Assembly: GCA_965116895.1 (NCBI GenBank)
Contig: OZ220729.1
Location: 1,882,122-1,946,121, forward strand
Direction of reading: 5' to 3'
DNA length: 64,000 nucleotides
Source: Gammaproteobacteria bacterium
Lineage (GTDB): Bacteria; Pseudomonadota; Gammaproteobacteria; Steroidobacterales; Foliamicaceae
Within the stretch, counting starts at the first letter, position 1, and each line of letters begins with the position of its first letter. The notes under the pieces are model-generated. The model ran no database searches, was not told the origin of the DNA, and saw nothing but the letters and a program-made list of their open reading frames with translations. Position numbers and translations under genes: made by a program. Below are positions 35,828 through 45,658 of the stretch, piece after piece.

Positions 35828-36750
35828 TTCTTCCCGGTCTGGCGCAACGCGCCGTACGGCTGCTGATCCTGCTGCTGGGGGTGAACGCGCTGCTTTTCGT
35901 TGCGCTTGGCCTGGCCGGCGATCCGGCGCTGATGCTGGCCGGAGAGGACCCGACGCCGGAACTGCTTGAACGGATACGCGCCGAATACGGCCTCGACCTC
36001 CCGGCCTGGCAACGGTACCTCGTCCAGCTTGGGCGCATGGCACAACTCGACTTCGGCGTCTCGATCTATACCGGGCAACCGGCCCTGGTCATGGCGCTGG
36101 AACAACTGCCGGGCACGCTGCTGATGGCGGTACTCAGCATGGCCCTGACCCTGGTCACGGCCATCCCCGCCGGCGTCTGGATCGGCCAGCGTCCCGAGGC
36201 CGCTTCGCGCCGGTTCGGCGCCGCGCTGACTGCCGTGGCCCAGGGCATCCCCGGTTTCGTCATGGCGCTGGTGCTGATCCAGGTCTTCGTGGTGCGGCTC
36301 GGCTGGCTGCCCTCGCTCGGTTACTCGCAGCCGGCCGCCTGGATACTTCCGAGCATTTCGCTGGGTTTCTTCCTCGCGCCGAAACTGTGCCGCGTGGTCA
36401 GCGCCGGCGTTGCCGAGGCGATGCAGGAGGACTACATACGCACCGCCCGCGCCAACGGCGCGTCGATGCGGTTCATCCTCTGGAGAGAAGCGCTGCCTGC
36501 CGCCCTGCCGGCGGCGGTCGCGCTGGTGGGCACCCAATTCGCGTTCCTGGTTTCCGGCGTCGTGCTGATCGAGACCCTGTTCCTGTGGCCGGGCATCGGT
36601 CTGCTGCTGCTGTACTCGGCCCAGAACCTGGACTTTCCGGTGCTTCAGGCGATCTGCTTTGTCGTGGCGATCCTTGTGTTCCTGGTGAACAGCCTGGCGG
36701 ACGCCCTGTTGCGCCTGATGGACCCGAGGCTGAGGCCGGCAGCGCAATGA
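35824..36750 (+). CDS. ABC transporter permease (DppB/OppB-like)
   Basis: ATG at 35824 overlapping the SBP stop (ATGA). N-terminus MILPGLAQRAVRLLILLLGV and EAA-loop region (DYIRTARANGAS). Confidence 0.85.
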   Translation: MILPGLAQRAVRLLILLLGVNALLFVALGLAGDPALMLAGEDPTPELLERIRAEYGLDLPAWQRYLVQLGRMAQLDFGVSIYTGQPALVMALEQLPGTLLMAVLSMALTLVTAIPAGVWIGQRPEAASRRFGAALTAVAQGIPGFVMALVLIQVFVVRLGWLPSLGYSQPAAWILPSISLGFFLAPKLCRVVSAGVAEAMQEDYIRTARANGASMRFILWREALPAALPAAVALVGTQFAFLVSGVVLIETLFLWPGIGLLLLYSAQNLDFPVLQAICFVVAILVFLVNSLADALLRLMDPRLRPAAQ

Positions 36751-37592
36751 AAACGGAACAGGCTTTGCGCCGGATGCTGGCGCCGCTCAAGGCGTCGCCC
36801 CAACTGGCGCTGGGCGCGGCGGCGCTGCTGGGCTGGGTGCTGCTGCTGGCGCTGGGCGGGCTGCTGCAGACGCACGACCCGCAATTGGGCGACCTGGCGG
36901 AACGCTTTGCACCGGCGGGTGCCGCGGGCCACCTGCTGGGGACCGACAACCTGGGGCGGGACCTCTGGTCGCGGGTACTTTCGGGTCTTCCATGGTCGGT
37001 GGGCGTCGCAACCGTTTCCTGCATCCTGGCGCTGCTGCTGGGCGGCACGCTGGGCATGTGCGCCGCGCAGTTCCCGGGCCACCCTCGCACCGCCATCAAT
37101 CAACTGGTCGACGCCACGCTGTCCTTTCCGGGGCTGGTCGCGGCGATCATCATCGTGGCGATAGCGGGCCGGGGATTCTGGCCGCTCAGCATCACCTTGG
37201 GACTGCTGAGCTGGCCGGTTTTCGCCCGCGTAGTCTACGCCGAGAGCCTGCGCCTGCTGGCCGAAGACTACGTGACGGCGGCCCGGATCATGGCGGTGAG
37301 CACGCCGCGCATTCTGCTGGGCCACCTGCTGCCGGGGCTGCGCCCGGTGCTTGCGGTGGTATTCACGTTTCATTTCGCCGACATGCTGGTGGCGGAAAGC
37401 GCCCTCTCCTTCCTGGGTCTGGGAGCGCCGCTGGGCGTTCCCACCTGGGGCTCGCTGTTGCAGGAATCGCGCGACTTCCTGATCGTCGCGCCCTGGCTGA
37501 TGATCGTGCCCGCCACCGCCATCGCCCTGCTGGTCGTTTCCATCCACCTGCTGGGAGACGGCCTGAGCGCACTGGATCGGGCTCGCAGATGA
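36747..37592 (+). CDS. ABC transporter permease (DppC/OppC-like)
   Basis: ATG at 36747 overlapping the previous stop (ATGA). HLLGTDNLGRDLWSRVL motif, EDYVTAARIMAVS EAA loop. Confidence 0.85.
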   Translation: MKTEQALRRMLAPLKASPQLALGAAALLGWVLLLALGGLLQTHDPQLGDLAERFAPAGAAGHLLGTDNLGRDLWSRVLSGLPWSVGVATVSCILALLLGGTLGMCAAQFPGHPRTAINQLVDATLSFPGLVAAIIIVAIAGRGFWPLSITLGLLSWPVFARVVYAESLRLLAEDYVTAARIMAVSTPRILLGHLLPGLRPVLAVVFTFHFADMLVAESALSFLGLGAPLGVPTWGSLLQESRDFLIVAPWLMIVPATAIALLVVSIHLLGDGLSALDRARR

Positions 37593-39160
37593 ACGCTTCC
37601 GCCTCCCTTCTGCGAATACGCGAGCTGTGCGTGGATTTTCCCCGCGCCGGCAGGGTCCTGCACGGCGTATCGCTGGATGCGGCCGAGGGAGAAGTCGTGG
37701 GCCTGGTCGGTGAGTCGGGCGCCGGCAAGACGCTGGCGGCGCTGGCCATTCTGGGCCTCGTGCCCACGCCGGGACGCATCGCCGGCGGCAAGGTGTTCGT
37801 CAGGGACAGGGAGCTGACCCAACTCGATGAAGAAGCCCTGCGGCCATTGCGCGGCCGGCTCGCCGGATTCGTCTTTCAGGATCCCCTGAAATCACTCAAC
37901 CCGGTCCGCCCGATCGGTTCCGCGCTGGTCGAAAGCGCCATGCGCCATACCGGGCTGACGCGCCAAGAGGCGCGGATGAGAGCGATCGAAGCCCTGCGCT
38001 CGGTCGAACTGCCCAAACCGGAATCGGCCCTGCGCGCCTACCCGCACCAGTTCTCGGGCGGCCAGCGTCAGCGCATCATGATCGCCCTGGCGCTGATAAA
38101 CCAGCCGCCGCTGCTCATCGCCGACGAGCCCACGACGGCGCTGGACGCCGCGGTGCAGTCACGGATCCTTGATCTGCTCAAACGCCGCGCAAAGCGCCAC
38201 ACGCTGCTGATGATCACCCACGACCTGGCGCTGGCCGCCCGTTTCTGCGACCGCCTCTACGTCATGCACGGCGGGCGGGTGGTGGAGCATGGGCCGGCCC
38301 GCGAACTGTTCTCCAGGCCCCGCCACGAATACACCCGCTCGCTGCTGGACGCGATGCCGGGAAAACGGGCGGCCGCTCGCGGGCGCGTCGGCCGCCCGAA
38401 ATCGCGGGAGGCCCTGGTCGCCCTGCGCGGCCTTACGGTCCGCTACCGGGGGGCGCGGCAACCGGCCGTAGAAAACGTCGATTTCTCGATTGGGGCCAAC
38501 GAAACCGTGTGCCTGGTGGGAGAGTCCGGATCGGGCAAGACCACGATTGCGCGCGCGCTGGCGGGCGTAATCAGGGTAGAACCCGAACAACTCCGATTCC
38601 CGGCGCTGAACGACGAATTGCCGGGCGCGACGGTTCGCGCGCGCCATCTGCAGATGGTTTTCCAGGACCCCTATTCCAGTCTCAACCCGCGGTGGCCCGT
38701 GGAACGCATCGTCGCCGAACCGATCCGCACCCACCGCCTGTGCGCCCGTGCGGAGCAAAAGGCCCGAGTGGCCGCTCTCCTGGGCCGCGTCGGCCTGGAT
38801 CCGGAGCAGATGGACCGGCGCCCGGCGGCTTTCTCCGGGGGCCAGCGCCAGCGAATCGCCCTGGCGCGCGCGCTGGCGATGAATCCGCGCCTGCTGCTGG
38901 CCGATGAAGCGCTCTCCGCGCTGGACATTCGCACCCAGGCCCGGATCCTGGCGCTGCTTCGGGACATCCGCGAAGAACGCAGACTGGCGCTGCTGCTCAT
39001 AACGCACGACCTGGCGCTGGCCGCGGAAATCGGCGACCGCGTGATCGTGCTCCGCCGCGGAAGGATCGTCGAACAGGGGCCCGCGTCCAGGGTCATGAAC
39101 GCGCCCCGGCACGAATACACCCGCGAACTGCTCGCCGCCCAGGCGCGCTGGCGCCCGTAG
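37589..39160 (+). CDS. ABC transporter ATP-binding protein, fused double ATPase (DppD/DppF-like)
   Basis: ATG at 37589 (ATGA overlap). Two Walker A motifs (GESGAGKT, GESGSGKTT) and two signature motifs (FSGGQRQRI twice). Confidence 0.9.
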   Translation: MNASASLLRIRELCVDFPRAGRVLHGVSLDAAEGEVVGLVGESGAGKTLAALAILGLVPTPGRIAGGKVFVRDRELTQLDEEALRPLRGRLAGFVFQDPLKSLNPVRPIGSALVESAMRHTGLTRQEARMRAIEALRSVELPKPESALRAYPHQFSGGQRQRIMIALALINQPPLLIADEPTTALDAAVQSRILDLLKRRAKRHTLLMITHDLALAARFCDRLYVMHGGRVVEHGPARELFSRPRHEYTRSLLDAMPGKRAAARGRVGRPKSREALVALRGLTVRYRGARQPAVENVDFSIGANETVCLVGESGSGKTTIARALAGVIRVEPEQLRFPALNDELPGATVRARHLQMVFQDPYSSLNPRWPVERIVAEPIRTHRLCARAEQKARVAALLGRVGLDPEQMDRRPAAFSGGQRQRIALARALAMNPRLLLADEALSALDIRTQARILALLRDIREERRLALLLITHDLALAAEIGDRVIVLRRGRIVEQGPASRVMNAPRHEYTRELLAAQARWRP

Positions 39161-39204
39161 AGTCCTTTCGCTCCCGGGACGGCCGGCATGTACACTCCGC
39201 GCCT

Positions 39205-40698
39205 GTGAAACGTCGAGAACTGCTTAAAGGCGCGGGCGCCGGCCTGACCCTGGCGATCCCGGCCGTGCGGGCCGGCACACTGCTGGAATCGCAGTGGGAT
39301 TTCATCGTCGTGGGCGCGGGCACCGCGGGACTGCCCGCCGCCATCCACGCCTCCAGGCGCGGCGCGAAGGTCCTGATGCTGGAAGCGGCCGACGCGCTGG
39401 GCGGCACGCTGACCATGGCCTCGGGTCAGGTCAGCGCGGCCGGGACACGGCTGCAGGAAGCCAGGGGCATCGCCGATTCGCCGGACCGACACTTCGAGGA
39501 CATCATGGAGATCACCTTTGGCGAGGCGGACCCGAAGATCGTTCGGCGCACCGTGGACCTCGCGCCGGACACGCTGAACTGGCTGCTGGACAAGGGGCTG
39601 GTTCCGCTACCCGGTCACCCGGTGACAGGAGCGGCGCCGGGGCGCGCAGGTTACAGCGTTCCGCGTTATTTCTGGGCCGAGGAGGCCGGCAAGGCGATCC
39701 TCAAGGTGGTGCTCGAGGAGCTTGAGCGCGAAATGCCGCAAGGCAATATCGCGATCCGCCTCGACACCCGGGTGACCGGGCTGCTGACGTCCGATTCGGG
39801 CGCGGTGGAAGGCGTTCGCGCGGAGAGCGGCGACGAGGAATGGACTTTCCGCGGGCGCCACATCCTGCTCACCAGCGGCGGCTACGCCATGAACCCGGAC
39901 ATGTTCGAGCTGCTGACCGGCCATCCGGCCTACGCCGCCGGTTCCTGGCCGCATTCCATGGGCGACGGCCTGGACCTGGCCGTTTCCGTAGGCGGCTGGC
40001 TGCGCGGCCAGCACCTTCATCGAGCCGGCACCGGCTCCATCCTTACCAGGGCGGCATTTCCCGCCAAGGTCTACGCGCGTTTCGCGACGGTCCCTCAGGA
40101 ACGTCTGCCCTGGGAAATCTGGGTCAACGATTCGGGGCAGCGTTTCATTCGCGAGGACGAACCGCTGGTGCGCCCACGGGCTCGCGCCGTGCTCGCACTG
40201 CCGCGCCTTCGCTACGTCATCGTTTTCGACGAGAACATCTTCAACAGCGCACCGCCCGGGTTGCCACAGTTCAGCCGGGAGGAGTTTCTCGCCCACTGCG
40301 AGAACCATCCCATGTTCGCCCGCGCCGACAGCCTGGCCGAGCTGGCGGCGGCAGCGGACGTGGACGCAGCGGGACTGACGCAGACCGTCCGCGACTACAA
40401 CGATGCGGTGGCCGGCGGCGAAGACCCGCTCGGGCGGCGGCATCTGCCCGCGCCCATCGCCGAGCCGCCCTTCTACGCCATCACGCACCTGGGCAGTTCG
40501 GCCACGTCGTCGGCCGGCGTGGTGGTGAACGACGCGCACCAGGTCGTGCGCGGGAACCAGGAGCCGGTGCCGGGGCTCTACGCCGCCGGCGAAGTCCTCG
40601 GGTCCGGCACCACGCTGGGCTCCACGTTCGCGCCCGGAATGATGCTCACTCCGGCACTCTCCATCGGCCGCTGGCTAGGCATGACCCTGCCCATCTGA
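39205..40698 (+). CDS. FAD-dependent oxidoreductase (FAD_binding_2, fumarate-reductase/KstD-like) with Tat signal
   Basis: GTG start. Twin-arginine signal VKRRELLKGAGAGLTLAIPAVRA. Dinucleotide fold DFIVVGAGTAGLPAAIHASRRGAKVLMLEA. C-terminal LYAAGEVLGSG motif. Confidence 0.8.
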   Translation: MKRRELLKGAGAGLTLAIPAVRAGTLLESQWDFIVVGAGTAGLPAAIHASRRGAKVLMLEAADALGGTLTMASGQVSAAGTRLQEARGIADSPDRHFEDIMEITFGEADPKIVRRTVDLAPDTLNWLLDKGLVPLPGHPVTGAAPGRAGYSVPRYFWAEEAGKAILKVVLEELEREMPQGNIAIRLDTRVTGLLTSDSGAVEGVRAESGDEEWTFRGRHILLTSGGYAMNPDMFELLTGHPAYAAGSWPHSMGDGLDLAVSVGGWLRGQHLHRAGTGSILTRAAFPAKVYARFATVPQERLPWEIWVNDSGQRFIREDEPLVRPRARAVLALPRLRYVIVFDENIFNSAPPGLPQFSREEFLAHCENHPMFARADSLAELAAAADVDAAGLTQTVRDYNDAVAGGEDPLGRRHLPAPIAEPPFYAITHLGSSATSSAGVVVNDAHQVVRGNQEPVPGLYAAGEVLGSGTTLGSTFAPGMMLTPALSIGRWLGMTLPI

Positions 40699-40734
40699 CC
40701 CCATGGGGCGGGCTTAAGCGCCCTTCTCCCGGGA

Positions 40735-42924
40735 TCAGAAGATGTAGGTTGCGGTAGCTCCGATCTGCCGCGGGTCCGCCAGCGGATACTGGAAGGCGCG
40801 AACGAATCCCGAGGTGCGGGCGCTGTCGCCGCGCGGCAGGATGTTCTTGAAGTCCACGAAGCGGATCACCGTGGAAGGCGTGCGGTCGTCCGTCAGGTTG
40901 CGCACGAACAGCCCCAGCTGCCATTGCCCCACGTCCAGCCCAAGCTTCACATTGATCAGGTTCTGATCGCCGCTGTGGGCATGGTTGAAGATCTGCGCGT
41001 ACTTGCGGCTGGCGTATGCGTAGTCGGCGCGGATGTAGGCGGTATTGGCGCCCACCGGCCACTCGTAGCGGGCGAAGGCGTTGGCCATGTGCTTCGACGC
41101 GTTGGGCGTCTGGTTGCCGGCCACCGACGGATTGCCGCCGGTAAATACGGCCTGTTCCCGGAACTCGTCAAACTCCACGAATGTGGCGTCGTTCAGCGCG
41201 TAGCCGAAGCCGGCGGTGAACTGCTCATTGAAGATATGCGCCACTTCCAGCTCCAGACCCTTGCCCTCGGTTTCACCGGCATTGGTTACGTACGACACCG
41301 GGCGGCCGTCGCTGAGCAGGCCGGTGGTGGTGAGCTGCTGCTTGGTCCAGTCGATGAAATACACGGCCACGTTCAAGGTCGTGCGGCCATCGTTCAGCGT
41401 GTTCTTGGTGCCCACCTCGACGTTGAAGGATTCTTCCTCCTCCGCAAACCGCAGCGAAGGATCCAGTAACGGGTTGGCGTTGATGAAGCCGGGCTTGTTA
41501 CCCACGGCCACCGTCCCGTAAATCATCCGGCCGTCGGCGTATTTCCAGTCCAGCGTGGCGCGCGGCGACCAGGTCTTGAAGGTGTTCTCGATCAGAGGCA
41601 GCGTGGGGCGCGCGGGCGGATTGTCGTTGCCGATCTTGTCCGATGCATAACGCAGTTCCAGCGTGCCGGTAACGGTATCGGAAAAGTCGCGCGCGACCGA
41701 TCCGAACACGGCCCAGTTGTCGGTGCGGGCCTCGCCCTGATCGACGGTGCGGCCGTTGAGGCGGTCCTCGCGAAAGTCCCGGCGGCTCTGATACAGGTAC
41801 ACCCCGCCCAGCAGCCGGGTGGCGGACACCAGGTCGGTGCTGATCAGCAACTCGGTGGACCACTCGCGGCGGTCGCTCACCGCGATGCGATTGAAGGTTC
41901 CGCCCAGTGCGGTCGAGTTGGACGTGATGTCCACGTCATAACCGTAGGTGGAATCGGCATTGAAATAGCCGGTGTTGGACCGCACGGTGAAGCCGCCCAG
42001 GTCCCATTCAAGCTGCGCCGATGCGCGCCAGGCCGTCTTGTCGAGTCCGATATCGTCGCCGAACAGGTCCAGGTTCTGCTCGGTGCTGTCCAGTTCCGCA
42101 ACCTCGCCGCAGTAGTACTGCCGCGCGATTTCCAGGAAACAGTTGTTGTAGCTGCGGTCCTGCAGGGTTACCGCGGCCGCGCCGTCGTCGTCACTGCCGT
42201 AGCCCAGATTGAATCGGGCCGTGAAGCTGTCCGAGGGCCGCAGCTCCACGGACAGGTTCAGGTTGATCGACTCCTCGTCGCCCACAAGCTGGTTGTCCAG
42301 CGTGTTTCGATAGAAGCCGCCGTAGGTGTAGTAGCGCACGTGGGCCATGTAGAAGGCGGTGTCCTGCGCCAGGGGTCCGCGCGAAAGAAGGCTGATTTCG
42401 CCCTCCTCGTGCTCCGCCACGCGCAGCGAAAACTTGTTTTCGGGCTCGTTGGTGCCCGTCTTGGTGATCAGGTTGATGGCGCCGGCGAAGGTGGCCCGGC
42501 CGAACAGCGCCGCCTGGGGGCCCTTGATCACTTCCACCCGTTCGACGATATCGAACGGAAACGACAGGATCGAATCGTTGTAGAGCACGCCGTCCACGAA
42601 GATGGAAGCGTTGGCGCCGCCGAGGATCTGCGACTGGCCGCGGATGACCGGCCGGCTGCCTCCTCCCTGCACGCCGTAGCGGTTCAGTTTCTCGAACGAG
42701 AAGCCCGGCGTGAACTGGCTGATGTCCATCACGTCGGACAGGCCCCGCTCGCTGATCTCGGCCGCCGTGAAGGCGCTGATCGTGAGCGGCACGTCCTGGA
42801 TCCGCTCTTCCTGCTTGCGCGCGGTAACCACGACTTCCTCGATCTCGCCGGCTTCCTGTTGCGCCAGGGCCGGCGGCGCGGTCAGGGCAAACGCGCAGGC
42901 AAGAATGGTGATTCGAATCCTCAT
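40735..42924 (-). CDS. TonB-dependent receptor (TBDR-3)
   Basis: ATG at 42924 gives MRIRITILACAFALTAPPALAQQE. Plug EIEEVVVTARKQEERIQDVPLTISAF. Ends ..GATATYIF. Confidence 0.85.
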   Translation of the reverse strand: MRIRITILACAFALTAPPALAQQEAGEIEEVVVTARKQEERIQDVPLTISAFTAAEISERGLSDVMDISQFTPGFSFEKLNRYGVQGGGSRPVIRGQSQILGGANASIFVDGVLYNDSILSFPFDIVERVEVIKGPQAALFGRATFAGAINLITKTGTNEPENKFSLRVAEHEEGEISLLSRGPLAQDTAFYMAHVRYYTYGGFYRNTLDNQLVGDEESINLNLSVELRPSDSFTARFNLGYGSDDDGAAAVTLQDRSYNNCFLEIARQYYCGEVAELDSTEQNLDLFGDDIGLDKTAWRASAQLEWDLGGFTVRSNTGYFNADSTYGYDVDITSNSTALGGTFNRIAVSDRREWSTELLISTDLVSATRLLGGVYLYQSRRDFREDRLNGRTVDQGEARTDNWAVFGSVARDFSDTVTGTLELRYASDKIGNDNPPARPTLPLIENTFKTWSPRATLDWKYADGRMIYGTVAVGNKPGFINANPLLDPSLRFAEEEESFNVEVGTKNTLNDGRTTLNVAVYFIDWTKQQLTTTGLLSDGRPVSYVTNAGETEGKGLELEVAHIFNEQFTAGFGYALNDATFVEFDEFREQAVFTGGNPSVAGNQTPNASKHMANAFARYEWPVGANTAYIRADYAYASRKYAQIFNHAHSGDQNLINVKLGLDVGQWQLGLFVRNLTDDRTPSTVIRFVDFKNILPRGDSARTSGFVRAFQYPLADPRQIGATATYIF

Positions 42925-43000
42925 GAGCAATACTCCGGATGCTGGAAAACGACGCAATATACCCAAAAAGGCGCCGGCGAGCCACTATGGCGTCGAGGCG

Positions 43001-43294
43001 CTAGTCGTCGCCTTCCCGCAGCACGAAGTAGATCCGATCGATGAATTCCCTGCGCTCCCGATCGAGCGCGGCGCGCTCGTCCTCGCTGAATTCGTAGGCT
43101 TCCACGGCGGCGGTGCTTATGCCCGCCTTGCCGAGCGCTTCGACGGCCGCCAGGCGCTCCCTGACCGCCCAAAGCTCCTGCGCCAGGCCCATCGTGATGG
43201 ACACCAGTTCATCGACGCCCTGAACGTCGAAGAACCGCGGCTGCTTGCCGCGGGTCAGGTCCCTCAGCCGAGTCTCCGGGGAATCCTTGGACAA
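43001..43294 (-). CDS. Small hypothetical protein (64-97 aa, start uncertain)
   Basis: Coding-like codon usage between the methyltransferase stop (43305) and TBDR-3. Candidate starts are TTG 43294, GTG 43207 and ATG 43195. Sequence ..FFDVQGVDELVSITMGLAQELWAVRERLAAVEALG..EFSEDERAALDRERREFIDRIYFVLREGDD is predicted helical and I recognise no family. Confidence 0.4.
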   Translation of the reverse strand: MSKDSPETRLRDLTRGKQPRFFDVQGVDELVSITMGLAQELWAVRERLAAVEALGKAGISTAAVEAYEFSEDERAALDRERREFIDRIYFVLREGDD

Positions 43295-43304
43295 GGGCCC
43301 CGCC

Positions 43305-44504
43305 CTACTTCCAGGCTCCGAAGCAATACCAGCGGATCGACGGCACCAGGCGCCCGGTGTTCTCGTCCACGGTGATATCGTCCCGCGATACGTAAGCCTG
43401 CAGTTCCTCCTCGCCGTTGCGGGCAAGGCTGGGCACGATGAATTCCACGAAGTTCGACTCGTCGAATCCGCCCGCCGTGCAGCAGTCGATCGGACGCATG
43501 TCGCGGAACGCCTTGTAATAGGGCTCCTGGTTGTAGTAGCTGTCCCAGTCGAAGTAGAAACTCTCGTACGGCACGGTGTGGCAGTTCGGGGGCAGTTCCA
43601 TGTGCAGCATCAGCCCGCCGGGACGCAGCAGCCGGTATGCCTCGCGGAACACCGCCCGCACTTTCTTGGGCGGCAATTCGTGCAGGAACATCGACGACCA
43701 GACGATGTCGAAACCGGGCTCGCCGTCGAAATCGCATTGCGAGGCGTCCATTTGCCGGTAATGAACCCGCGCGCCCAGCACTTCGGCGCGGGCGTGGGCG
43801 TAACGCAGCATTGGCGCCGCGACGTCCACGGCATGGACCTCGGCTTCGGGAAACGTGCGCGCCCAGGGCAAGGTATTCGAGCCGATCGAGCATCCCATGT
43901 CGAGGATGCGGCGCGGGCGAAATTCCGGAAATTTCAGCGAAATGAAGCGCGCGATGCTGCTGCCGATGTCGTCGCGCTCGCTGCCGAACAGCCCCATGCT
44001 GAACACGGCGCCGCCGTTGTCGTACAGCGCGCCCGCGGCCACGTCGTCGTCGCCGTATTCCGTGTGGTAGCAGCCCGGCATCAGGTGCACGTCGTGGTTG
44101 GCCACGTACGGCGGCGTTTCCAGGTCCGGGTCGAGCGTAATCGAACCGCCTTGTCCGCCTCCGTTGGCGTCCACGCCGGCGACCCTGCGGTTCAGGTCTT
44201 CCAGGTTGCGTTCGATGGTGGGGATGACCGATCGCCAGACGAGTTTCTGGCAGTTCACCCGCATGGCCGAATAGAAGCGGTAGGAACTCTCGCCCCGCAT
44301 CGCCCTGTGAACTTCCGCGCCGTCGGCGGGCTCCCGGCCGTTTTTGCGAACGAGTTCCGGTTTCACCTTAGTGTGGTATGCGGAGCGCATTCCGTTCGCC
44401 AGGTCCCCCAGGATGTGGCGGCGTATGTCGGAGACGAAACGCTGGCGCGACAACTCGTCCCGGGTGGGCTTGATCCGCAGGTCGTGGCGTACGTGGTCGG
44501 TCAT
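43305..44504 (-). CDS. Class I SAM-dependent methyltransferase with ~170-aa N-terminal extension
   Basis: SAM motif I ILDMGCSIGSNTL, post-I AVDVAAPML, motif IIVWSSMFLHELP, LLRPGGLML. The N-terminal region is unassigned. Confidence 0.75.
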   Translation of the reverse strand: MTDHVRHDLRIKPTRDELSRQRFVSDIRRHILGDLANGMRSAYHTKVKPELVRKNGREPADGAEVHRAMRGESSYRFYSAMRVNCQKLVWRSVIPTIERNLEDLNRRVAGVDANGGGQGGSITLDPDLETPPYVANHDVHLMPGCYHTEYGDDDVAAGALYDNGGAVFSMGLFGSERDDIGSSIARFISLKFPEFRPRRILDMGCSIGSNTLPWARTFPEAEVHAVDVAAPMLRYAHARAEVLGARVHYRQMDASQCDFDGEPGFDIVWSSMFLHELPPKKVRAVFREAYRLLRPGGLMLHMELPPNCHTVPYESFYFDWDSYYNQEPYYKAFRDMRPIDCCTAGGFDESNFVEFIVPSLARNGEEELQAYVSRDDITVDENTGRLVPSIRWYCFGAWK

Positions 44505-44647
44505 TACGGCAGTCCTCCCTTGCCCGGAATCATACTACGCGGCCGTTTTGTGCGGCCACGTCGTTGAACTTCAGCGATGGCGCGCGGAATTCCGTTTAGA
44601 CTTAGCGCCCCGCCGGTCGGAGAGACCGGGAAACTGAGGGGTACTTG

Positions 44648-45658
44648 GTGAGCGAGGAAATCATTGCGCCGGACGGATCGCCCTTGCGGGCCGCCGTTAT
44701 CGGCTGCCGCGACGTCGAAAAGTCACTGGCCTTCTACCGGGACCGCATCGGCCTGTCGGTGCTTGCCGACGAGGTCCTGGGCGGCCCGGCCTTTCGCAGC
44801 TTCTGGAACCTGAACGGCGGAGCCTCCGCCCGAGCCGTCCTGCTGGGGCAAGGCGACGAGGGGGTCGGGCAGGTCCTTCTGCTCGACTTTCATCTGCCCG
44901 AAGGCAGCGCCAGTCCCGTGGAAATCCGCGATCGCAGCATTGTCCGGGCCTATGGATGCTTCAATCTCAATTTCTATACTGCCGACATTCACCGCGATTT
45001 CGAGGGCTTGAAGAAAGACGGCTACGTCCTCTGGTCCGATCCCGTCCAGCACTTTTTCGGGGACGACGTGGGCGATCCCATAGAAGGCATTTTCGAAGGT
45101 CCCGACCGCGTGCCGATCAACCTGGTGGAACTCGCCACCCGCGACACGGCGACGCGCGTGGGCCAGATGCGCGCCTACGTCGAGCAGCGCGGCTATACCG
45201 ATGCCGGCTTCACGCCCATCGTGACCAGTTCGCATGGCGTGGATTCGAGCGAACGCGCGATGGCCTTTTACGAACAGGTCCTGAACATGAAGCCGCTGAT
45301 CGACGAGGTCCTGGGCACGCCGGAGTCCAACCGCCTGCTGAACCTGCCCGAGGACGCGAAGACCCGCGTCGTGTTCATGCAGGGCAACCACATGTTCGGC
45401 AAGGTGGTGCTGAGCCAGCCGCTGAATTACGAGTGCGAGTCCCTGATCGAGCGGGCCAAACCCCCGAACGTCGGTTACCTGGCACAAACCTTCGCGGTCG
45501 GCGACCTGGAGGAGGCGGCCGGCAGGTGCAGCGCGCTGAAAGCGGAGGTCCTGAGCAAGCCCCAGGAAACTCCATGGCCCGGTTCGGGCAGCGTTTCCGC
45601 GATGCTGGTGCGGAACCCCGGCAGCGGAGCGCTGCAGATATTGATGGAGGATGCGTAA
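44648..45658 (+). CDS. Two-domain VOC (glyoxalase/bleomycin-resistance/extradiol-dioxygenase) family protein 1
   Basis: GTG 44648 lies 6 nt after GAGGGG; TTG 44645 is also possible. Repeated beta-alpha-beta-beta-beta modules (LRAAVIGCRDVEKSLAFYRDRIGL.. and IVTSSHGVDSSERAMAFYEQVLNM..). Confidence 0.65.
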   Translation: MSEEIIAPDGSPLRAAVIGCRDVEKSLAFYRDRIGLSVLADEVLGGPAFRSFWNLNGGASARAVLLGQGDEGVGQVLLLDFHLPEGSASPVEIRDRSIVRAYGCFNLNFYTADIHRDFEGLKKDGYVLWSDPVQHFFGDDVGDPIEGIFEGPDRVPINLVELATRDTATRVGQMRAYVEQRGYTDAGFTPIVTSSHGVDSSERAMAFYEQVLNMKPLIDEVLGTPESNRLLNLPEDAKTRVVFMQGNHMFGKVVLSQPLNYECESLIERAKPPNVGYLAQTFAVGDLEEAAGRCSALKAEVLSKPQETPWPGSGSVSAMLVRNPGSGALQILMEDA

